DNA of 64,000 bases. Source: the human T2T-CHM13v2.0 reference genome, Homo sapiens. Below are positions 44,906-63,639 of this stretch, one piece after another (the first letter of the stretch is position 1; each line of letters begins with the position of its first letter). The DNA is taken from assembly GCF_009914755.1 (NCBI RefSeq), contig NC_060925.1. One strand, given 5' to 3'. Below the pieces are notes generated by a model. It did no database searches. It was not told the origin of the DNA and saw only the letters and a program-made list of their open reading frames with translations. Position numbers and translations under genes: made by a program.

Positions 44906-45975
44906 GTGAAATCCCTAAGAGCTCTGCCATGTACTCCTTGTGACCCTTGCCTTCCAGGAACCATGCAAGAAGCGCAGCCACCAGAAGTCCTTAAAACAGC
45001 AGGAAACGTGGGCCTGTCCCCCTTTTGTGCAGCTACCTATCTGCTGAGGAGCTTCTGGGCCTCATTCCTCCAAGTCCACGGGAGGGTCCAGAAGAGGGGG
45101 TCAGAGATGTATCCTGGTGGAGCTGGGAGAAAACCAGAAAGCCTTTCTGACAGCTATGGAATACCGTTAGCCAAGGTCCACTTGGCCCAGCACTAAGCAA
45201 AAGATGCGTAGTTTGCATAGAAGGTTTTGTGATACTGCTTCCCAACAGCCCCAGCAGCTTGGGAACTAGCAACAACACATTTCTTGCCTCATCAGCTGTC
45301 CTGAGATGGAAAACTCAGTGGATATAGGACCCTGATTACGATGAATGGGGCACATGGTCCCAATGCTGGAGCTCCTCTGGCAGGTTCTAAAAGCACACTA
45401 CTGAGCAGCGGTGCCCTGCTGGACACTGCTGGCAGGGGCTCAGTGAGCACTACTCACAGATCCACACCTGACCCTGTTGGGTCCAGTCAGACTGGGCCTT
45501 GGTCTGCACTGTAGCACCTGTGTTCTTTGAGTTCACATCATGAATGTGACTTCCCAGATACCATTTCAGGCTTAACCTAGCACATCCTATTTCTTTTCTT
45601 CTATGATATCCAAATTGGACTGACCTCACTTCAAATACTCTGTCCCATTTTGTCACCCTGTCTTACCTCAGGGAAATTGGGGACTGATGGCCAGACCAAT
45701 TCTGTTGAAATTCTTGCATAGAGCAAACCTGTGCTGATTTTTAAGTGGCATGGGAGAGGCCCCCAGCCACAGTAAAGCCTAGTCTGTGTCTTCACAGTGT
45801 TGATAGAATCTGCTTGTGTGTATAAATGTATGATATAGATTTACATATGTTGCTATCGCCATATATTGAAGGCCAACATAACTGGTGGACAGGGTAGGTG
45901 AGAGAAAATGAAAGTCTTTTTGGTGATTATTAAAGCAAAATGTGTATAAAGAAATAAATAGTTTTTCTTTCACTG
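44906..45975 (+). pseudogene. PDE4DIP: PDE4DIP-like terminal exon and 3'UTR (alternative acceptor at 44958)
   Basis: VKSLRALPCTP then a frameshift; the alternative acceptor gives EPCKKRSHQKSLKQQETWACPPFVQLPIC* (44958-45047). Confidence 0.88.
45953..45958 (+). terminator. Polyadenylation signal AATAAA of the PDE4DIP copy
   Basis: AATAAA followed by T-rich sequence at the end of the 3'UTR-like region; ATTAAA at 45929 as well. Confidence 0.75.
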
Positions 45976-46152
45976 CTTTGTTTCCCATTTCTGCACCAAT
46001 CCCTTGACAGTATAAAGAACTGGAAAGAGAAAATGGGAAAGACAAACTGTGTTTAAGAAGTGCATAGTCTAATGCTTGAACTCTGACTTTAAAAGATTAA
46101 GGTTTTCCTTCTTTGTCATTTTGTAAGAATCCTCAGTCTGAAAATATGAAAG

Positions 46153-46337
46153 AATGGTTCTTAAACTTGGTGTACCTTAGAAGCAGCTGTGAAGATTACA
46201 GGAACTACCTCCTGGTCTCCAATCCCAGGAGATTTAGTTGGTGTGAGCCCTAGAATCTGCATTTTTTAAATATAAGCACCCCAGGTGATTCCATTACATG
46301 TGGGCTGCAGATCACAGTTTAAAAAAACAGTGTTCTA
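46153..46337. mobile_element. MER5-type hAT MITE
   Basis: tggttcttaaacttgg...agaatctgcattttttaa..ccccaggtgattc..cacagtttaaaaaaacagtg. Confidence 0.7.
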
Positions 46338-46529
46338 TAACATTGAATCAAAACTAAAACTACATTTAAGGACCTTGAATCAAAAAGTATGTCATTCCAT
46401 TAATATTTGTATAAAAATTTTAAAATATTCCTTGGGAAAAGTCCCTAGCTACATGCTTTTGATCCCCAAGATTAAAATAAAGCTATCACTTCACAATTAT
46501 TTACTAGAAGCATTTAAAAAATAAACAGG

Positions 46530-49390
46530 TAGAAGGTGGAGTAAGATGGTAGAATAGAATTCTCCAGCAATGGTGTCTCTGAAGGAACATCAAATTGAAC
46601 AACTATCTATGTAAGAAAACAATTTCACAAAGGCTAATCAGGTGAGAGATCATAGCAGCTGGTTTTAACATGATAACAAGAAAAGATGCATTGAAGAAGG
46701 GAGGACGGACACTTTTCCATTGCCTATGACACCTCTCCCCCAACCACAGGAAATGCATCTCCGAGAGAGAATCTAATGGCTTGGGGACAAGGAGGAAAGT
46801 GTGGGACTTTATATTGAAACTTAGTACCAGTCTTGCCATAGTGACACATGGCACTGGACAAAACCCCACAGCACTTGATTCCAGGCTGGTGCCCACAAAA
46901 GAAGCATTTAGACCCACTCTGGGCCACAAGGGAATCAGATGCCCCAGCAGGAAGAACCCACCAAAGTTCTGGCCGGCTTTATCTCTGGAAATTTATTGGG
47001 CTACAAATAAATTTCAGTGGCAGCCAGGCTGTAGTTCAGAGGTGACAGCATGCTGGCAGCCCTCACAGCCCTCGCTCACTCTCGGTGCCTCCTCGGCCTC
47101 GGTGCCCATTCTGGCCGCACTTGAGGAGCCCTTCGGCCCGCCACTACACCACGGGAGCCCTTCTCTGGGCTGGCTGAGGCAGGAGCCGGCTCCGTCGGCT
47201 TGTGGGGAGGTGTGAAGGGAGAGGCATGGGTGGAAACCGGGCTGTGTGAGACACTTGGGGGCTAGCTGGAGTTCCGGGTGGGCATGGGCTTGGCGGCCCC
47301 GCAATCGGAGCGGGACTTAGCACCCTGGGCAGCAGCTGCGGAGGGTGCGCCGGGTGCCCCAGCAGTGCTGGCCCACCAGTGCTGTGCTCGATTTCTCCCT
47401 GGGCCTTAGCTGCCTCCCTGCGGGGCAGGGCTCCGGACCTGCAGCCCGCCATGCCTCAGTCCCCCACAGTGGGCTCCTGCACGGCCTGAGCCTCCCCAAG
47501 GAGCGCCGCCTCCTGCTCCATGGCTCCAGGTCCCATCAACCGCCCAAGGGCTGAGGAGTGCGGGTGCATGGCGTGGGACTGGCAGGCAGCTCCACCTGCG
47601 GCCCTGGTGCGAGATCCACTGGGCGAAGCCAGCTGGGCTCCTCAGTCTAGTGGGGACTTGGGAGAAACTTTATGTCTAGCTAAGGGATTATGAATACACC
47701 AGTCAGCACTCTGTATCTAGCTCAAGGTTTGTAAATGCACCAATCAGCATCCTGTGTCTAGCTCAGGGTTTGTGGATGCACTCTGTATCTAGCTAATCTG
47801 GTGGGGACTTGGAGAATCTTTATGTCTAGCTAAGGGATTGTGAATGCACCAATTGGCACTCTGTATCTAGCTCAAGGTTTGTAAATGCACCAATCAGCAC
47901 TCTGTGTCTAGCTCAGGGTTTGTAAATACACCAATCAACACTCTGTATCTAGCTTATCTAGTGGGGACGTGGATAACTTTTGTGTCTAGCTCAGGGATTG
48001 TAAAGGCACCAGTCAGCACCCTGTCAAAACAAACCAATCAGCTCTCTGTAAAACAGACCAATTGGTTCTCTGTAAAATGGACCAATCAGCAGGATGTGGG
48101 TGGGGCCAGATAAGGGACTAAAAGCAGGCTGCCCAGCCAGAAGCGGCAACCTGCTCAGGTCCCCTTCCACGCTGTGGAAAGTTTGTTCTTTTGCTCTTTG
48201 CAATAAATCTAGCTGCTGCTCACTCTTTCGGTCCACACTGCCTTTATGAGCTGTGACACTCACTGCGAAGGTCTGCAGCTTCACTCCTGAGCCAGTGAGA
48301 CCACCAACCCACGAGAAGGAAGAAACCCCGAAGACATCCGAACATCAGAAGGAAAAAACTCTGGACACGCCACCTTTAAGAACTGTAATACCCACCGTGA
48401 GGGTCCGTGGCTTCATTCTTGAAGTCAGTGAGACCAAGAACCCACCAATTCCAGACACATAGTGACTGCAGTCCTTGGGCAAGCCCTGAAGCTGCATAGG
48501 TCTGGAAGACCCTAGACTTGAGGTGTAAGCCAGTACGACAGCAGCAGGGCAGCAGCTATGGGAATGTCTGTATCACCCCTCCTCACACTCCAGGCAGTGC
48601 AGCCTGAAGAGAGATTCCTTTTGCTTGGGGGAAAGAAAGGGAAGTAAGCTAGAGGCTTTACCTAGGAATGTAGAGAACAATCCCTGAACTTCCCCAAGTC
48701 CACAGGGCTGGGGACCTAGGAATCTATAAGAATTGCAGTGTACCTGGGCTTTGAATGCCCTGTAGTATAAGAATGGCTGCAGTGATCACTGGCTTAGGGA
48801 ACTCGTCAGCCCACTTTGAATTCCTGGAAGGTCCTCTGAAGGACAGGTACAAACAAGACCTGACTGCAAAGGCTGGAATAAATACCATATTCTCCAATGC
48901 CCAGATATTGACCAACATCTACAGTATCAATAACATTTAAGTCAATATGACCTCAACAAATGGACCAAGTAAGGCACCCAGTGACCAACCCTGGAGAGGT
49001 GGAGATGTGTAACCTCTCAGGGAATTCAGAATAGCTATTTTGAGAAAGCTCAATGAACTTCAGGGAAACACAGAGAAGCAATTCAGAAATATATCAGAAA
49101 TTTAACAAGGATACTGAAGTAATAGAAAAAAATCAAACAAATCCTGGGCTGGAAAATGCATTAGTGGGTCTCAGTAGAACTGATCAAGCAGCAGAAAGAA
49201 TTAGTGAGCATGAAAACAAGCTATTTGAAAATACAGTCAGAGGAGAAAAAAGAAAAGAAGAACGAGAAGGAACACAGAATGCTTAAGAGATCTAGAAGAG
49301 GGCCTCAAAAGAGAAAATCAAAGATTCATTGGCCTTAAAGAGACGGTTGAGAAGGAGCAAAGAGTAGAACCCTTATTCAAAGAAATAATC
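46530..49390 (+). mobile_element. Old L1 (L1M/L1MA-type) 5'UTR and ORF1 fragment hosting LTR12
   Basis: ggagtaagatgg 5' end; degenerate ORF1 (gaattcagaatagctattttgagaaagctcaatgaac...cttattcaaagaaataat). Confidence 0.7.
47036..48459 (+). mobile_element. LTR12 (HERV9) solo LTR, LTR12C/D-like
   Basis: t(c)agaggtgacagc...cccaccaattccagacaca; tandem CCAAT-containing U3 repeats 47680-48090; AATAAA at 48202; 4-bp TSD TAGT at 47032-47035 and 48460-48463. Confidence 0.95.
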
Positions 49391-55560
<6,170 letters not shown>

Positions 55561-55563
55561 GTC

Positions 55564-55651
55564 TTTTTTTTTTTTTTTTTTTTTTGTATTTTTGGTAGTG
55601 ACAGGGTTTCACCATATTGCCCAGGCTGCGTTTCAAACTCCTGAGGTCAAG
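55564..55651 (-). mobile_element. Alu fragment (linker plus part of the left monomer)
   Basis: tttttgtatttttggtagtgacagggtttcaccatattgcccaggctg...ctcctgaggtcaag. Confidence 0.8.
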
Positions 55652-55664
55652 CCATTCATTAAAA

Positions 55665-56034
55665 CAAACCTATATTTGTTTTATCTGAGTTCCTTCCTCA
55701 GGAAAGGACCCTCAGGCCTCTCAGAAAGCATCATAGACCTGAAACTCAGCTGATCACAGCCTCTAGACAACTAGATGCCAGAACCCTCACTCAACATGAG
55801 TGCTTCCTCACCACTCCCTAGTTCCTCTTTTCCCACACACAGTTACATTTCTTCCCTGCTATATAAGCCCCCAACTTTAGTCAATCAGGGAGATAGATTT
55901 GAGACTAACCTCCCATCTCCGCAGCCACAGCACCGATCAAAGCCTTCTTCCTCAGCAATACTCAATGTCTCAATGATTGGCTTTCTGTGTGCTGAGCAGC
56001 AGGGCCTACACTGAACCCCTGGGGTTTTGGTAAA
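55665..56034 (+). mobile_element. Solo LTR, LTR47-like
   Basis: gttttatctgagttccttcctcaggaaagg...gctatataagccc...ctgaacccctggggttttggtaa. Confidence 0.6.
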
Positions 56035-56824
56035 AATACATGTACCCTTTCAAAAACCGCAATTAATGGGTTGTGGCATATTGAGGAATTGGAATGGCGT
56101 CAACTTGGCCGATTCTGAGAAAACACACTGTGCTTAAGTGTCAGGGCCCTGCCTCCTGACCTTGGCAGTTTATGGTTGATTTTGAGGCACAGCAGGGGTG
56201 TGTGGCCTGGTTTGAGTGTTTTATAGAAATGTAAAATATGACTGATTTATTTGTATTTTAAATTCAACAAATCTCCATTTCTGGTGAGAAAATCTTGCCA
56301 AAACCAACTAAACAAAGGCATAGACGTATATGAAGAAGAAAATAAAAGACTCCTTGCCTCCCAATCCCACTTGCTTGGTGTCAGCCATTATTTATTACAT
56401 GGAGGAAGGGGACAAGGCACCCAGGAAGTCCCAAGTCCTGTTCTGACAATCATGTGGCCTCACTGGACAAAGGGAAAAGAGGGAAGGCAAAAAGAATGTA
56501 ACACTACAGTTTGCAGAAATTTCCCTTTGGTAGAGGAAACACTGGTAAGCTGAGAGAGTATGTTTTCCAGGAGGGAGGCCTCAAAGGGCTCTTCTCTGGC
56601 CCTAAGCCCAAACTGGATTTTGCCTCATTTTCTGAGGTGCAAATGAAATGATAAAAGTTGATCAAAGGAGAGGGCAGAGAGAAAGAAAGAGGACAACTCC
56701 TCTCTCGCAGGTCCACCTTCCTTGGTGCTGCTTGAGGGATCAGAAGAAATGCCTTAACATAGGTGCATGAGAACTATGGCTGCTAAATATGAACTTAGTT
56801 ACCTCCAGTTACAAGCTAGTGTGA

Positions 56825-56896
56825 GGTTCCATGGTGTAATGGTGAGGGCTTTGGACTCTGACTACAGTGATCAGAGTTCAAGTCTCAGTGGGACCT
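56825..56896 (+). tRNA. tRNA-Gln(CTG), degenerate, probably a pseudogene
   Basis: GGTTCCATGGTGTAATGGTGAG...GACTCTGA...GAGTTCAAGTCTC..GGGACCT, 72 nt; anticodon CTG at 56858-56860; mismatches in several stems. Confidence 0.88.
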
Positions 56897-59468
56897 TTCT
56901 GTATAATTCCAGTGAGGTTCCTCTCTATTGCTCCCGAGTGGAATGGGGGAAATTGCCGCAATCGTGGTCATGGACCCTCCAGGCCACTGGCTATATGCAA
57001 TTGGAGTCCTGGACCCAGTGACCCAGCAAGACCCCTCCCCTCTCAGGGTGACCCTGGGCTTCCAGGTCAGAGGTCTCCTCCACTAAAAAGGCTGCCTTCC
57101 CTCAATCCTAGACCCCGAGTTTTCTTTTACTCATGTCATCGGGCCGCTGCCCTGTGTCTCTTTGGAAGAAATTACCTACGTGAAAAACTTTACTTTCAGG
57201 ATTCCCTAATTCCTTCATCCCATAGGATGGTGAAGTTTTTAATTCCTGATATTGGGTCAAGTTCTAATGCGCACATTGCTTTTTGTTTTCATGGGATCCC
57301 TTCCAACCAGCTACCAGTGGATTTCTGTCTTGGGGTCTCTGTGGATGGCAACTAGATGCTGCTCTTGTCTGAACTCCTGACACCTCTCTGCAGGGAATTG
57401 CCTCCCTTAGCCTCCTAAATCAGTCAACATTTAGATTTGAGCCTGGAATCCCAGCATCTGTGGAGAACAGAGGTTCCTGATCCCTGGCCAGCTCTCCCTC
57501 AGTGAAGGGGGGAGGAAGAGAGCAGCTGTAAGGTGCAAGTCTGGGGCCCTGGGCAACCCCCTTCTTCCTGCCCAGACTCTGCTCCAAGGAGAAGTTGCCT
57601 TAGGACCAGATCAGATGGAAACTCTTTTGTTCTCTTCTCATCAACAGAAAAATTTAGACAAGAACTCTGGAGGACCTTCCTAGCTTATACAAATGGTGTG
57701 GCCAAATCTCTCCAGTTTTGGAAATGTCCAAGTTTACCAAGTGTTTTGAGGGCTCACTTTGGAGCCTCTGAAAAGGAGGGGTGAGGGCCCACGGAAGGTA
57801 CCTGAGGGATGCAGGGGAGAGAGGGGAAAAAGCAGACAGAAGGGAGGAGAGAAGGAGGGAGGGGGAGAAAGGGTGTGTGAGGGCCAGGAGCCAGGATTCA
57901 ACCTGACAGTTCAGTGACTGCTCCCTGCCCCCAAGGTTCCCACTGTGGCACCTTCCAGCAGGTGGTTTCCATCTCTTATTGATATCCTAAGAACTTGGTC
58001 CTACGGAACAGTCCCACCCTATTTGTCTGGCATGAGTCCTGGCAGTTTCTTTTCATCTTTTGGGGGATCAGATGGGGGTATATAGGTTTGCAAGTGACAA
58101 GGAGCTAAGTCAGGACCTTGTGAAGCTGCTCAGAGTTAACTGTCAAGCAGCCTCCTTTCCCCCTTCCCCTGAAGGATGATTGCCTGCAAGACAGGGCCTG
58201 GAGGAGGCCAGGGCACCCAAGGCCACAGAAATGCCCTGGGATGAGTCCCGGCAGGAGATGCCTTGGCTGAGCTGACTGTGCACTTCCAGGGCTCACAGGG
58301 GTCTGGCCAGGAGACTGAGCAAGGGGACCAGGGAGGTTATGCAGAGGCTTCTGCACAGCAAGGCAGACATTCTTCTTGGAGCCCCCAACCCAAATCAGGT
58401 CTTCCACCTCCTCTTCCTAAAGACCCTTTACTGCAGCTATTCTTTTACTAGAACTACAAGTTTATAGGACATAGATTTCAGTGCCCTCATCTGGCCAACC
58501 ATCTTCAGCTGCCAATGCCCAGGGTAACCTCCCTCCCTACCAAGACCTGACTCAGGACCTTACCTTAAGGAGAAGATGTCCTGTTCTTTCTTTCCCACAA
58601 GAACTGCCCTAGCTCAGACCCCATTTCTGTCTGGTGACCAGGACAGTCCCCTCACCAGTCTCGCAGGTTGGGGAGGGCAGATTCTCCTCAGCTCCCTGCC
58701 CCTGAGAGACCCCAAGAGTCTTGTGTGGCTCCAGCCCACAGAGGGATATCCATGGCCCATATCTCTCAAAACTCTCCCCTCCCACTCTGAATCCACCCTC
58801 TACTGCATGCTCCCCTCACAGAACAGACACTTTTTTTTTGTTTTTTGTTTTTTTTTGGCCTATCCTTTTTTTGCCTACCCGCATCCCAGATTGACTTTTC
58901 TGTCTTAGAACTACCTTTCCCTCTTTGGACAGTGTTTTTCTGGTATACACATGAAGATGTCCCACTCTCCCCTGCTCAAGAAGAGAGTGCCTGACCTAAG
59001 CTGGGCCCATCAGATCCAGTACTTACCTGGAATAGGAAAAAGACGGGGAGGGTGACCAAAGATTACAAAAATCTCTGAAGCTTATCCACTTGAGAAAGAG
59101 TCCCTGAAGATACTGGCCTTTCATTCCTGCTATGTATATCCAATGTGACTGAACTCTGAATAAAATATACAAGTTATAACAATGTAGTAATTGACCCAGC
59201 AAACTAGGACATAAACATGTTAGAGGGTAAGGTAGTGAGAGGCATGTTTGGGGGTGGTGGTGATGAGCAAGTATGTGAAGGAGAGATAGTGCCTAAACTT
59301 GAAAATCAAAAAGTAATAATATATATTTAGACATAAGGAGATAAATAACTAATAATTGTTTCTATGTGATGAAACTCTGGGAGTATACAAAGGGACTGCT
59401 GTTGTACTAAACAAATTTTCTAGTATAAATAACTTTGACAAAGTATCCAAATAAAAAAATCCTTTCTC

Positions 59469-59543
<75 letters not shown>

Positions 59544-59546
59544 TAT
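59469..59546. repeat. Compound (TG)n(TA)n(CA)n palindromic microsatellite
   Basis: Direct reading; perfect palindrome 59478-59533. Confidence 0.95.
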
Positions 59547-60532
59547 TTGCATTCTTTGCATTTTGAATATAAATTTTTATACAGTCATGTTAATCCCTCT
59601 TTTCTTTTAAGGATTTGAGTTTGATGTCATGCATACAATGTGATCCCACTGTATGACTACAGAAATGTTAGCAAAGTAAGTTCAGAAGACATGGTAGGAA
59701 AATACTTCCCAGTTTTGGCCAGAAGATGGAGAAAAAAAGAATTCTCATAAAATGTTAAAAGTATGACTTGTTATATCTTCTTTTCACAGTAATTTAGACA
59801 GAAATTAGCAAAATCAGAAAGGTATACATACTTTGGTCTGACAGTTCCATCTCCAGGTGTCTACGGAGAAATAGACAAGCGATGCATGACAGATACATGT
59901 GTCAGTCTGGTCCCTGCAGTTGTATTTGTAATAATACACATTGGAGCAATTTCATGGCCATTGGTTACAGAATGTTTGAAGAATGATCCATTCATATCAA
60001 GAAGGATATTTCGAAGATCTAAGCCTGATGGAAATGCTGGAGGCCATGACACTGATAGGAGCTCATGCGTGTTGACCAATTACTACGTGACAGGCATTGG
60101 CTCCACGCTCATTTAAATTTTGGACAACCTACGTGTTCTGATTTAGCCTATTGGACAGCAAATTTGACAGAAATGGAGGCACAGAAAATTAATGTGTTTA
60201 ACTTCAAACTCTGGTAGATTAGGTTTTTCACCCAGAGCCTGTGGCTTCACCATAGTTGTGATTCAGGTTCTGTCATTTTCCACTTCAGGAATTTCCAGTA
60301 TTCCAAATATGAGAAGCTGAGAAAACAAACAAACCAACTCAAAACCCTAAAAGCCAGGATAAGTAAGGGTAGATGTTTGTTGGGTGTGGATTAAAAATGG
60401 ACTTTTTTTTGCCTCAAACAACAAAGAGGCACGTCGGAAAATAGACAAGAGACAAGAAGAAGAGATTTAAGAGATATTTGGTCCAAGGAAGAGACTCTTC
60501 AGATGGAAGGTCATGTCAGCTAGAAACATTAA

Positions 60533-60604
60533 TGTGACTGGATGGGCTCAAACCACTGACTTTTCAGTCAACATCTGACAGCACTAACCTAATGTTTCAG
60601 AGAC
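60533..60604 (-). pseudogene. Decayed tRNA-Asn(GTT) pseudogene
   Basis: ctggatgggctcaaaccactgacttttcagtcaacatctgacagcactaacc...cagagac aligns to the reverse complement of tRNA-Asn GTCTCTGTGGCGCAATCGGTTAGCGC...GGTGGTTCGAGCCCACCCAGG. Confidence 0.75.
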
Positions 60605-61101
60605 ACTGCTTGTTAAACAGTGAAAGCTGTTGCTCAATTGTGTCATCCATAATTGTCAAATATTGCCATTTAGTAGCATAAGGAAGTATTCTCTGTTGCC
60701 AGGCTAGAGTACCCGTAACTCTTCTGTTTTGTTGAACATTCTTCCCCACCACAAACCCTCTTTAGAAGACTGGGGGCTCCTAAAACATTGAGGCTAAGAG
60801 TCCTGTCCTTGTGCATGTTTGGGCATTGACCCAGGGCCAAATCAGTGGTAGACTCCTCCATGCATATGCCAGGTCCCCAGGTGACAACTGCAGTCTCTGG
60901 ATCTGAGGTCATCCACTTTCCCATTCCTAGCTCACCTCGCCCATTGTGAAGCCTGGTTAGTATTGCCAGAGACCCGAGTGGACAGGTGCCCCCACCAAGG
61001 ACAGAACCTGCCATGTGCCCATCTTGCTGATCCCTCCATCCTTCTAGACAAAGGCTTCATGAGCCAGGGACCTTGGGTTTGCTCACAAGACAGCCCCTCA
61101 C

Positions 61102-61134
61102 CTAGTATGCATTAGCTCATTATGTGTATGTATG

Positions 61135-61183
<49 letters not shown>

Positions 61184-61207
61184 ATGTGTATGTGTGTATG
61201 TATATGT
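61102..61207. repeat. (TATATG)n microsatellite
   Basis: Direct reading. Confidence 0.93.
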
Positions 61208-61403
61208 CCTCAGGTTGTATTCCTTAAATATATATATGTAATTCCTTAAATATATAATTTTAATATGAAATTTTAAAAAGGTTCCTTTAATAAACATTTA
61301 CAATAACATCAAGAAATATAAACTATATAGCAAAGATGTGAAAGCCAGCCAGGCTCTCAATAGCATCAAGAAATATAAACTACATAGGAAAGACATGAAA
61401 GCC

Positions 61404-61692
61404 AGCCAGGCTTGGCTTCAAATCCCAACACTTTGGAAGGCTGTGGCAGGATGGTCACTTGAGCTCAGAAGCTTGAAACTATCCTAGGCAACATAGTGAG
61501 AACTCATTTGTATTGAAAATCAGAAAAATTATCCCGGTGTGGTGGTGTGAGCCTGTAGTCCCAGGAACTCAGTGGATGAGGCCCTAGGATGTCATAGGCC
61601 TGAGAATTCCATGCTACAGTGAGCTGTGATCATGCCACTGTACTCCAGCCTGAGTGAGTAAGATCGTGTCTAGAAACAAAAGAAGAAAAAGA
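61404..61692 (+). mobile_element. AluJ-type SINE with TSD
   Basis: Sense Alu; TSD aaaga(tg/ca)tgaaagcc at 61389-61403 and 61693-61707. Confidence 0.88.
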
Positions 61693-61839
61693 AAAGATGT
61701 GAAAGCCTATATATTGAAGACTACCAAGTATTGCTGAGAGCAGTTAAAGACATTTGGAATAGAGAATGCTCCTTCTTACATTTCAAGATTGCTTTTGTTT
61801 TGGGGGGACACTTGCTATTTTTTGAGAATATGAAGTTCT

Positions 61840-63335
<1,496 letters not shown>

Positions 63336-63639
63336 GGCTGCTTGATATTCTAAGATTTGATGCTGCAGCTTTGGTGTCAATGCTCAAAAGTGCCCAAAGA
63401 CACCACTTGACCTCAGTGTCTATGCACACCCAAGCTTTTGCAACAGGACAGGTAGAGAGGGCAGAGATGAGTGTGCTACAACATGCTGGTAGAGGGCACC
63501 TCAATTTTGCTTGGGGCTTTCCTATGTTTCATAGAAAAATGTGTTTTCCTTAATTTTTCCCATAAGAACCACCCTACTTCATGCCCTGTCTCTCTGTCCA
63601 AACACCAGGACAGTCCTCTCACCAGTCTCAACCACCCAA

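Noticed and set aside
47680-48090. Regularly spaced ~40-bp repeats resembling an array
   Set aside because: These are the known U3 tandem enhancer repeats of LTR12.
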